Virus record (IMG/VR): IMGVR_UViG_3300021256_000108
Strand: one strand, 5' to 3'
DNA: 20,000 bases
Source of the DNA: an uncultured virus (IMG/VR IMGVR_UViG_3300021256_000108)
Taxonomy: Duplodnaviria > Heunggongvirae > Uroviricota > Caudoviricetes
Position numbers and translations under genes: made by a program. Of the stretch, positions 1 through 7,489 are shown piece by piece. The notes beneath the pieces are model-generated. The model saw nothing but the letters and a program-made list of their open reading frames with translations, ran no database searches and was not told where the DNA came from. Numbering within the stretch: position 1 is the stretch's first letter; every line of letters begins with the position of its first letter.

Positions 1-153
1 GAGGAATTGAACATCACAAGAAGTGCTTTGTGGAACAAAATGCACAACAAAAGTGATTTCCGACAATTAGAGTTGAACAAGCTGTTTGACCTGCTGAACT
101 TGAAAACGTGGGAAGAACGCCAGAGTGTTTTTTTTGCAGACAGAGTTGAATGA
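1..153 (+). CDS. 3' part of a Cro/XRE-like HTH transcriptional regulator (truncated by window edge)
   Basis: Frame 1 reads EELNITRSALWNKMHNKSDFRQLELNKLFDLLNLKTWEERQSVFFADRVE*, resembling the recognition helix and C-terminus of phage Cro-like proteins. Its stop overlaps the next ATG (ATGA 150-153), and it sits just upstream of the replication genes. Confidence 0.7.
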   Translation, partial: EELNITRSALWNKMHNKSDFRQLELNKLFDLLNLKTWEERQSVFFADRVE

Positions 154-878
154 TTTTACGGGGTGTATATATCGGCATGATTGAACATGGCACGATTGAA
201 CAAAAGAGAGTAGTTAAGGGTATATGGATTCCTATTGAGATATGGGAAAACGAAACTCTTAGTATTCAAGAAAAAGTAATTCTTGCTGAAATTGATAGCT
301 TTTGTAACCATTATGAAAGCTGTTATGCAAGTAACGAACACTTTGCCAATTTTATAGGTGTCGGAACTAGACGGATTCAAAAAATCCTTAAATCGCTAGA
401 GGATAAGAACCTTGTTGAAAGGGATGTTATTTACAAGAAAGGCACTAAAGAGATTGAAAAAAGGTTTTTACGAGTTCGCTACCCCTCCTGTCCAAAAGTT
501 CATGGGGGTGGTGTCCAAAAGTTCGTGGGGGGTGGTGTCCAAAAGTTCGCAGATAATAATACATCTATGAATGAAACATTGAATAATAATAATATATATG
601 GGCAAAATGCCAAAAACGAACAATCTAAAAAGCGTAAAGTCTTTATTCCTCCTTCTCTTGAAGAAGTCGAAGCCTACATCACAGAAAAGCAATTAAATAT
701 AAATCCCAAAACTTTCTGGGATTACTATGAGTCTGCTGATTGGCACGATAGCAAGGGCAAGGCAATAAGAAGTTGGAAACAAAAATGTTTGATGTGGCAA
801 AACTATAACAAAGATAAGCAGGTAGAAAAACCTACTCCCTCTAAGAGTAAAGTTGATTGGAGTGTTTTTGATGGCTGA
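150..878 (+). CDS. Phage replication initiator protein (N-terminal winged HTH; lambda O-like role)
   Basis: N-terminal 'LSIQEKVILAEIDSF...CYASNEHFANFIGVGTRRIQKILKSLEDKNLV' HTH, an internal iteron-encoded repeat, C-terminal 'FIPPSLEEV..Y...FWDYYES..W......IRSWK' typical of phage initiators, and position upstream of a loader and helicase. An alternative start is ATG 177. Confidence 0.85.
   Translation: MILRGVYIGMIEHGTIEQKRVVKGIWIPIEIWENETLSIQEKVILAEIDSFCNHYESCYASNEHFANFIGVGTRRIQKILKSLEDKNLVERDVIYKKGTKEIEKRFLRVRYPSCPKVHGGGVQKFVGGGVQKFADNNTSMNETLNNNNIYGQNAKNEQSKKRKVFIPPSLEEVEAYITEKQLNINPKTFWDYYESADWHDSKGKAIRSWKQKCLMWQNYNKDKQVEKPTPSKSKVDWSVFDG
489..600. promoter_or_regulatory. Putative phage replication origin: 3 iterons plus AT-rich tract inside the initiator gene
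   Basis: TGTCCAAAAGTTC is exact at 489-501, 512-524 and 536-548 (spacing 23 and 24 nt, G-rich linkers), followed by an AT-rich stretch at ~551-600. This is the lambdoid ori-in-initiator layout. Confidence 0.75.
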
Positions 879-1713
879 TGTTCGTGAATACGAAAAACAG
901 TATGAGGAACAGAAACATCAAGCTATAGAAAACCTTCCTAGTAATTGCGCTTTCTTAGGGATTGAATATACCCCAGAGCGTGAACAGGAGGTATGGGCAA
1001 TAACAGAAGCGGTAGAAATCAAAGACGCTTGTCTGCATTGCCAATACACGGTGGATAATTGTTATAAGTGTAAACATATCCGTTATGCAGGTTTCAAACC
1101 TTATACAGAGGAATGTGTGAAATTCAAAAAGTATATTGCACGCAATGAAATTCAAGAGTATCTAAAAGTAAGTGGTATGGGCAAGCGGTTCTTAGACAAA
1201 ACTTTTGAGAATTTTGAAGTTACAGAGCCAACGCAAAAGGCTTTTAATGCTTGCATGACCTTCTGCAAAGAGTATCTTTTGGATAATGGAATACGGGGGA
1301 TAAAGCTGTTTGGCAACTATGGGTGCGGAAAAACTCATTTAATGTCAGCGGTTATTCACAAACTAGCTGAATATCATAAAGCCGCTTTCTTTGTAGTTGT
1401 GCCAGACCTTTTAAAAGAAATCAGACAGGGATTCGGTCAAGGGGGGTATTCGTCAGAATTAATAAAGAAAGTGGAGATTGCACCAATTTTAATTCTTGAC
1501 GATTTAGGAGCAGAAAAATCTTCTGAATGGGTAAGAGAGCAACTATATGTAATCATTAATCAGAGATACATCAATATGTTGCCTACCCTTGTTACAACGA
1601 ACTGTACGACAGAAGAATTGATGGAGCGATTGGGGGAAAGAACAGTAAGCCGTCTTATTGAAATGACTGATTCATACAAGATTACGGCTGATGATTACCG
1701 ATTAAAAAAATAA
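871..1713 (+). CDS. DnaC/IstB-like AAA+ ATPase helicase loader
   Basis: Walker A GNYGCGKT, Walker B ILILDDLG, 'TLVTTN', 'GERTVSRL', and N-terminal Cys pairs. ATG 871 follows GGAG (859-862). Confidence 0.9.
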   Translation: MADVREYEKQYEEQKHQAIENLPSNCAFLGIEYTPEREQEVWAITEAVEIKDACLHCQYTVDNCYKCKHIRYAGFKPYTEECVKFKKYIARNEIQEYLKVSGMGKRFLDKTFENFEVTEPTQKAFNACMTFCKEYLLDNGIRGIKLFGNYGCGKTHLMSAVIHKLAEYHKAAFFVVVPDLLKEIRQGFGQGGYSSELIKKVEIAPILILDDLGAEKSSEWVREQLYVIINQRYINMLPTLVTTNCTTEELMERLGERTVSRLIEMTDSYKITADDYRLKK

Positions 1714-1724
1714 GGGGAAATCCT

Positions 1725-3146
1725 ATGGAATTGTCGGACAAAGGAACAGAAGAAAACGTATTAGCATTGATTATGAACGCGAAAAGCCGTGAAACGGTAT
1801 CTGATGTGTTCGCAAAGATTGACCCAGATTTGTTTTTCTTTGAACCGCACAGAAAACTTTATAACCTTCTTTTTGATTGTTATATGAAGGGGGAAGAAAC
1901 AACTTATTTCTCTGTAAGGAATAAGCACCAACGACAATTAGACGAAATAGCACAAGAATTAACAGATGGTATTGTGACAATCGGTTTGGGTTTTAACAAC
2001 ATAGACTATGCGAATGAGTACCTAGAGCAATCCGAAGATGTAATAGGAATATTGGCTGACAGATTGAAAGCCAAAAAGAAAATGCGTGATTTGCACGAGA
2101 TACAAATACGGATAGCCAATGGGTTAGAGCAGGAAGAACCACCAGATAGCACTTATGAAGCTATTGAAAACCTTCTTCTTAAAAACCATAGTTCAAGTGC
2201 TAACCGTTCTTATCTTTCGCCTAAAGAAATGGCGTTGATGATGGTTAATTCTGCGGCTGACCGTATGGACAAGCAAAAGAGGGAAAACGAGATAATCTAT
2301 ACTTCATATGAGAAGTTCAATAAAAAATCTGGGGGGTTGGAAAAGGGGAATTTAATAATTATTTCAGCGGAAAGTGGCGTAGGTAAATCCGCGTTGGCAT
2401 TAAATCTTATTCGTGATGTTTCATTTATTGGAGGGAAATCTTCTGTATACCTTAACAGCGAAATGACCGATAGCCAACAGGCAAGACGCTATGACGCACT
2501 TCTTTGCAAAGTTTCACATAAAGCAATCCGAAGCGGTGAAATCTCAATGGAAGAATATAATAATATTTTGAAAGTGGCAGATTCATTTGCAGGGAAAGAA
2601 ATTCACACCATAACTATCCCCGATATGCAATTACCGCAAGTATTAGCAGAATTGAAACGCATGAAAGCAAAAGCGAATATTGATTTTGCTGTAGTTGATT
2701 ACATAGGAAGAATGGATTTTTCTAAGAATAAAAAAGACCTTTCAGAGTGGCAATTAATGGAGCAATCGGCTAGAGAATTGAAAAATATTGCGCTCGAATT
2801 AGATATTGTTGTCGTGATGGTAGCGCAAATGTCTAGCAACGGACAGACTCTTGCAAAAGGTTCTTCAATGAAAAATGAATGTGACCTATGGATTAACATA
2901 AAGCGTGTAGAGGAAAGTGATTACAAGGAATACTTTGATAATAATGGTGTTGGGTTAGATAAGTGGTGGAATGTTCTTCTGGATTTTAAGAAAGCTAGAA
3001 GCGCAGAATTTGGGTCTAAAATACCAATGCACTTTTACGGTGACGAATTACTTTTTACAGACAATGAAGAAGAAGCAAAACATTTTATGTACTTAGAAAA
3101 AAAACAGGGGGAATATGTAAATGGGCGCGGCGCGGAAAAGGGCTAG
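1725..3146 (+). CDS. dnaB: DnaB-like replicative DNA helicase (SF4)
   Basis: 'GGLEKGNLIIISAESGVGKS' Walker A, 'YLNSEM', 'VVDYIG', 'ELKNIALELDIVVVMVAQ', 'KKARSAEFG', and a DnaB-like N-terminal domain. Confidence 0.9.
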   Translation: MELSDKGTEENVLALIMNAKSRETVSDVFAKIDPDLFFFEPHRKLYNLLFDCYMKGEETTYFSVRNKHQRQLDEIAQELTDGIVTIGLGFNNIDYANEYLEQSEDVIGILADRLKAKKKMRDLHEIQIRIANGLEQEEPPDSTYEAIENLLLKNHSSSANRSYLSPKEMALMMVNSAADRMDKQKRENEIIYTSYEKFNKKSGGLEKGNLIIISAESGVGKSALALNLIRDVSFIGGKSSVYLNSEMTDSQQARRYDALLCKVSHKAIRSGEISMEEYNNILKVADSFAGKEIHTITIPDMQLPQVLAELKRMKAKANIDFAVVDYIGRMDFSKNKKDLSEWQLMEQSARELKNIALELDIVVVMVAQMSSNGQTLAKGSSMKNECDLWINIKRVEESDYKEYFDNNGVGLDKWWNVLLDFKKARSAEFGSKIPMHFYGDELLFTDNEEEAKHFMYLEKKQGEYVNGRGAEKG

Positions 3147-3540
3147 AAATTCGCGAAAGACAAAAGAAAAGGCACAGTTGCGGGAACAACAATACGATAT
3201 TGAAGTTTATAGAAACATCAATTCTGTAACAGAAATTCTCAAACGCTGTGAACCACAATTTAAGGCTGATATTACGGAGAATGTTATCCGTCAAATGTTT
3301 GCTATGTCCTTTATGGCTTTGCATGATGTGTTTGGATTCGGCAAAATCAAAATTATGCGGTGGTATAAAAAGATGTTATCCCTTAACCATGAGTTGATAG
3401 AAAATGGTGGGGATAAACCATTAGATACTTTGCTGACAGCTTTAAAAGACGAATATAAATTTGATGTTGATGAAGCAATGGTAGCAATCAACAAAGAGTT
3501 TGACCGTGAAATTGAAGAAAAGAAAAAGGCGGCGATTTGA
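3121..3540 (+). CDS. Phage hypothetical protein
   Basis: 139-aa ORF with SD GGGG, overlapping the helicase end; contains 'ALHDVFGFGKIKI'. Confidence 0.7.
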   Translation: MGAARKRARNSRKTKEKAQLREQQYDIEVYRNINSVTEILKRCEPQFKADITENVIRQMFAMSFMALHDVFGFGKIKIMRWYKKMLSLNHELIENGGDKPLDTLLTALKDEYKFDVDEAMVAINKEFDREIEEKKKAAI

Positions 3541-3728
3541 TGTTATATGCGGTAGATTTGACGATTGAAGCAGAAAAAACATTGATTGTTGAAGCTAGTA
3601 GCAAGGCAGAAGCGGCAGGGAAAGCCAAACGGAAAGAGTTAGACCGTAAGCATTTGTTGGAAGAAGGAGAATTTATTGTTCTTTGTGCCACAAATGGAGT
3701 GCGAGAATTAAAAGGAAGTCTGAAATGA
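3537..3728 (+). CDS. Small hypothetical protein
   Basis: Overlaps the upstream stop; has a 'VEASSKAEAAGKA' motif similar to the next ORF and to 9750..9965. Confidence 0.6.
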   Translation: MMLYAVDLTIEAEKTLIVEASSKAEAAGKAKRKELDRKHLLEEGEFIVLCATNGVRELKGSLK

Positions 3729-3901
3729 AAAAATCATACAGCATATTTCTTGAATATGTAAGGGACGATTGTATGACCGTTCTGGCTAATAACTGTGATG
3801 AAGCAATGGCACTTGCAGAGGAACGAGCCGAAAAGAATTTACATGAAGGGGAAATCGTTAGAGTTGTGGGCTTTGCATTAGACGCAGAAAGTGAGATTTA
3901 A
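3725..3901 (+). CDS. Small hypothetical protein
   Basis: Probable start ATG 3725 (ATGA overlap), MKKSYSIFLEY...; 'VLANNCDEAMALAEE' motif. Confidence 0.6.
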   Translation: MKKSYSIFLEYVRDDCMTVLANNCDEAMALAEERAEKNLHEGEIVRVVGFALDAESEI

Positions 3902-3998
3902 AAACGCAAAGGGTATACGGATATATGGGCAAGCATTTAGACATGGCTGAAATGGGCTTTGTTATCGAGCACGAATGAAAATTATGGGGGTTATGAAC

Positions 3999-4850
3999 AT
4001 GATTGACAATGAAGTTATGAGCGTAGACGAAATTAAAGCGGTTGAACGTGTAGATAAGGATTTGCGTAAAGCCGCAAAAGAACTGGGCGAAAGTCAAGCT
4101 AGATACCTTGTTGACGCATATTATCGTGAACAGGGTGAACGTATCGCGGCTGATAATATGGTTCGCGCCGCCAAAGAAGCGGGAGAACCTACAGAGGTTG
4201 TAGAGTTTATTGCAGAACAGCATAGAACCAATGAAAAATCTATTAAATCCATGTTGAATACTTACACTTCCCAGAGTGAATTAGGGAAATGGTGCAAAAG
4301 CATTTGCGGTATTGGTGAAGTCATTACCGCAGGTCTGATGGCACACATTGATATTAAAAAAGCACATACCGCAGGAGCAATTTGGCGGTTTGCAGGACTT
4401 GACCCTACGCTTGAATGGGGGAAGGGGCAGAAACGCCCGTTTAATGCAAAATTGAAACGCTTGTGTTTCATTATTGGTCAGTCATTCATCAAGGTTCAGA
4501 ACCGCGAAAAAGATGTTTACGGGCATATTTTTGCAGAACGTAAAGCATTTGAGCAGAAAATGAATGAAGAAGGTATGTATGCAGAACAGGCTAAAGCGAA
4601 ATTGGAAAAATTTAATATAGGCAAGAGCACAGAAGCCTATAAATGGTATTCCCAAGGTATGCTCCCGCCCGCGCATATCAATATGAGGGCGGCGCGTTAT
4701 GCGGTAAAGATTTTCCTTTCTCACTATTTTGAAGTTGCTTACGAAATTGAATACGATAAACGCGCCCCAGAGATTTATGCAATCGCAATTCTGCAACACG
4801 CGCATAAAATTGATGTTCCTAACTGGACGCATAAACCTGTTAAACCATGA
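3999..4850 (+). CDS. TasA-like Nop-domain RNA-binding protein (IS110-related fold without nuclease domain), TIGR-associated
   Basis: Coiled coil 'LVDAYYREQGERIAADN', helix-hairpin-helix 'SICGIGEVITAGLMAHI', 'AGAIWRFAGLDP', 'GQKRPFNAKLK' and 'HINMRAARYAVKIFLSH' resemble the IS110 C-terminal/Nop domain. No N-terminal DEDD RuvC-like domain, no SG catalytic motif after GLxP and no HNH is visible. A dual-repeat array follows directly. Start ATG 3999 after GGGGG (the ORF is open from 3975). Confidence 0.8.
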   Translation: MIDNEVMSVDEIKAVERVDKDLRKAAKELGESQARYLVDAYYREQGERIAADNMVRAAKEAGEPTEVVEFIAEQHRTNEKSIKSMLNTYTSQSELGKWCKSICGIGEVITAGLMAHIDIKKAHTAGAIWRFAGLDPTLEWGKGQKRPFNAKLKRLCFIIGQSFIKVQNREKDVYGHIFAERKAFEQKMNEEGMYAEQAKAKLEKFNIGKSTEAYKWYSQGMLPPAHINMRAARYAVKIFLSHYFEVAYEIEYDKRAPEIYAIAILQHAHKIDVPNWTHKPVKP

Positions 4851-4873
4851 AAATAGATAGATTCGAGTAATCT

Positions 4874-5800
4874 GAGTGAGCCATATAATAAGATTTTACA
4901 AATAATTTAGAGTGAATTAATCAGCTAGATTTTACAACTTATAAGAATGAAACAATAAGGCAGATTTTATACGATTTAAGATTGAGTCTTAATATAGGAT
5001 TTTACGTGTGGGTGGAACGAACCACATTCAAGGATTTTTCAATAAATACGAGTGAACCAAAGTTCAAGGATTTTTCAATATATTTGAGTGAACCAAAGAG
5101 GACGGATTTTCAGCTAAAAATGAGTGAACCATGTTAAGCGATTTTTCTAAAGAACTGATTGAGTCATGTTAGAGGTTTTTACATCATAACAGAGCGAACC
5201 GAAATAACGGATTATACTGTAGATAAGAGTGAATCATAATGAAGGATTTTACAGTAACCTAGAAATGAAACATAAAATGAGATTTTACTTACAGCCTAGA
5301 TTGAACCGTTTGGGAATAAAATCAACAGAAAGGATTATACAATTCCTCTGAATGAATCAAGTATGTATATTTTACTTATTATACGAATGAATTAAATCCA
5401 CAGATTTTACATATTATACGAATGAATCAATATTATGAATTTTACATTAAATATGAATGAAACAAGAGAATGTATTTTTCTAGTGAATATGATTGAACCA
5501 TTTAATAAGTTTTTTCAGCAAGAACGAGTGAAACATTGTAGGCGATTTTTCGTGATTGAATGATTGAATTAATATCCAAGATTTTACATAATTGCAAGAA
5601 TGAATCAGCATACTCGATAATACAAGTGCTGTGAATGAAACATCTATGAGGAATACACATAGATAGAGATTGAATTATTGAGGTGGATTTTTCATAAAAA
5701 GCGAATGAAACATGGAAGAATAATTTTTCAAGGTCGTAGATTGAATCAACTCAAAAGATTATTCACTATAAGTGAGTGAGCCAATATTCTTTGATTATGC
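4874..5800 (+). repeat. TIGR-like dual-repeat guide RNA array (~26 units, 35-36 nt period)
   Basis: Edge repeat GAnTGAAyCA at 4874, 4910, 4945, 4980, 5015, 5050, 5086, 5122, 5157, 5192, 5227, 5262, 5299, (5314), 5350, 5385, 5420, 5455, 5491, 5526, 5562, 5598, 5633, 5668, 5703, 5739 and 5774. Each (except the truncated 5299 unit) is followed by 8-9 variable nt, the loop repeat GATTTTwC and 9-10 variable nt. No ORF of 60 aa or more lies in the region. Confidence 0.9.
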
Positions 5801-5842
5801 AAAAAGGAAAAGCGATTTTATTTATTAAAGGAGTCTTTATCA

Positions 5843-6310
5843 ATGGAGTTTAACAACTTAAAAGAAGAAGCATTTAAACAGGTTGAACAGCGTTGTAAAT
5901 TGAGTGAGTGGTATAACAAAGGATTAAAGGACGGATATATTGAAGGGTATGAAACGGCAATAGGACATACGCAGAAGGTTATTTCTAAGTATAATCTGTG
6001 TAATGAAAAAAATAAAAATGACGAAGAAAAAGATTTAATACCCGCCTTTAAATTCATGGGTGACTCTATGGGGTCACTTATTGATAAAATTGTTGAAGAA
6101 TGTGGGGAGGTTGTAGAAGCATGGAATGACGGCGAAGCAAAAGACCGTGTGGCAGAGGAAATTGGGGATGTTCAGTTAGCTTGTGAAACCGCTTTGGCAG
6201 GGTTAGGCTATCACGAAAAAGAACGGCGCGGAGTTCGATTGAAAAACATCAAGAAAAATAAGGATAGGGGGTATTATTGTGACAAAGTATCAGCAGACAA
6301 TGTGGAATAA
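5843..6310 (+). CDS. MazG-like nucleotide pyrophosphohydrolase domain protein
   Basis: 'KIVEECGEVVEAW...VAEEIGDVQLACE' matches the EExxE...EExxD metal-binding pattern; SD AAGGAG. Confidence 0.75.
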   Translation: MEFNNLKEEAFKQVEQRCKLSEWYNKGLKDGYIEGYETAIGHTQKVISKYNLCNEKNKNDEEKDLIPAFKFMGDSMGSLIDKIVEECGEVVEAWNDGEAKDRVAEEIGDVQLACETALAGLGYHEKERRGVRLKNIKKNKDRGYYCDKVSADNVE

Positions 6311-6530
6311 GGCAAGAAACCGTTGGTACGCACTTTCTTTAATACTAGGGGAGTCTGACGAAACAACAAAAGTTATAAATGTTGCTATGAAAGCAGGTTT
6401 TTGTAGCACAGACGCTATGAGAACTTACTTCATTAGATGGGGCGATAAAATGGTAGAAAACTACGGCAAATTGCCATATCGAATGTTAAATTCAAAAGCC
6501 TATATCAAATATATGGAGTTGATAGATTAA
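6279..6530 (+). CDS. Hypothetical protein
   Basis: 83-aa ORF, GTG start after a GGGGG SD, coupled to both neighbours. Confidence 0.55.
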   Translation: MTKYQQTMWNKARNRWYALSLILGESDETTKVINVAMKAGFCSTDAMRTYFIRWGDKMVENYGKLPYRMLNSKAYIKYMELID

Positions 6531-6652
6531 TGACTGAATATTACATGGGGCTGTTAGTTGGTGCGGGTATAGGTTATTGTCTTGCGCTTACAACAATAAT
6601 AGCTGTATGGACTTTATGTGTGATTGCCAAAAAAGTAAATAAGGGGCGATAA
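6530..6652 (+). CDS. Small single-pass membrane protein (40 aa, not in ORF track)
   Basis: TAATG overlap; MTEYYMGLLVGAGIGYCLALTTIIAVWTLCVIAKKVNKGR has a hydrophobic core and basic tail. Confidence 0.55.
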   Translation: MTEYYMGLLVGAGIGYCLALTTIIAVWTLCVIAKKVNKGR

Positions 6653-6653
6653 C

Positions 6654-6935
6654 ATGAGAGAAAAGCGAACAAGGAAAACAGGGTATCATAAACCCAGAGC
6701 ACTTGAAGCGCAAATTAGATGTAACCATGATATTTCTTGCAACATGATTGAGAGTGCCCGTTTGCGAAAACCTCCTATGGCAATGCCTAGTCCTAGACAT
6801 ACTTCCAGATGGTGTAGTGGTCGCTGTGTGATTTGTGGTGAACACATGGAGTGCGTTACTAATCTTCATGCAGAAAAACATGGTTATAAAAATGCAAATG
6901 AAATGATAGAAGCAGGTCAAGTTGTATTTGATTAA
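6654..6935 (+). CDS. Hypothetical protein with putative Zn finger
   Basis: 'CVICGEHMECVTNLHAEKHG' (CxxC...HxxxH); SD AAGGGG. Confidence 0.6.
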   Translation: MREKRTRKTGYHKPRALEAQIRCNHDISCNMIESARLRKPPMAMPSPRHTSRWCSGRCVICGEHMECVTNLHAEKHGYKNANEMIEAGQVVFD

Positions 6936-6948
6936 TAGGAGAGGAATT

Positions 6949-7158
6949 TTGACTGATGAAGAACTAGGGCGATATAAAACACTTCCTTGTCCTGTCTGTA
7001 AAAGTAAGAATACAAATGTACGATATGCAGGGCAAGGGTGGTATTTTGTGGGGTGTTTGGATTGCGGTCATAAGAGAACTTGTGACGAGTCATATATAGA
7101 GCAAGAAGTAGAATTTTGGAACAATTATAGTCGAAAGGTTGCTAAAAATGTTCGGTAA
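6949..7158 (+). CDS. Lar-like (restriction alleviation family) Zn-ribbon protein
   Basis: 'LPCPVCKS...YFVGCLDCG...VEFWNN'; probable TTG start after AGGAG. Confidence 0.6.
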   Translation: MTDEELGRYKTLPCPVCKSKNTNVRYAGQGWYFVGCLDCGHKRTCDESYIEQEVEFWNNYSRKVAKNVR

Positions 7159-7489
7159 AAATGGGCTAACAAATGAGGGAAAATGTACAGGTTGTGGGGC
7201 TTGTTGTGGAAGTGTTCTTCCGTTAAGCAAAAAGGAAATAAAAAAGATTCGTTCTTATGTAAAAAAACATGGGATTGTTGTTACAAAAGTAGTTGATTCA
7301 ATGGTGTGCCCTTTTTTGGATATAGAAAAAAGAAAAGACAAATGCAAAATATATTCGGTTCGCCCTGCTATTTGCAGAGAGTTCAAATGCAATTACTCTA
7401 TTGATAATATGAAGAAAGATAATCCTATCAAAAGAATGGGAACGGACGGTATCTTTGATATGAATGAATTATTTGGGGGTATTAAATAA
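7148..7489 (+). CDS. YkgJ-family cysteine-cluster (putative Zn/Fe-S) protein
   Basis: 'CTGCGACC...CPFLD...CKIYSVRPAICREFKC' is the characteristic family pattern. Confidence 0.8.
   Translation: MFGKNGLTNEGKCTGCGACCGSVLPLSKKEIKKIRSYVKKHGIVVTKVVDSMVCPFLDIEKRKDKCKIYSVRPAICREFKCNYSIDNMKKDNPIKRMGTDGIFDMNELFGGIK

Noticed and set aside
3975..4850. Active IS110 transposase / insertion sequence with bridge RNA
   Set aside because: No N-terminal DEDD RuvC-like domain or catalytic SG loop is visible, and the flanking non-coding DNA is a periodic multi-unit array rather than an IS end.
4874..5800. CRISPR array
   Set aside because: Conserved blocks are only 8-10 nt, of two alternating kinds, with 8-10 nt spacers and no cas genes. 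CRISPR has a single longer repeat with spacers of roughly 25-45 nt.
4850..5820. Degenerate protein-coding tandem repeat or simple minisatellite
   Set aside because: The 35-nt period is not a multiple of 3, there is no ORF of 60 aa or more, and variation is concentrated in two fixed windows per unit rather than spread evenly.
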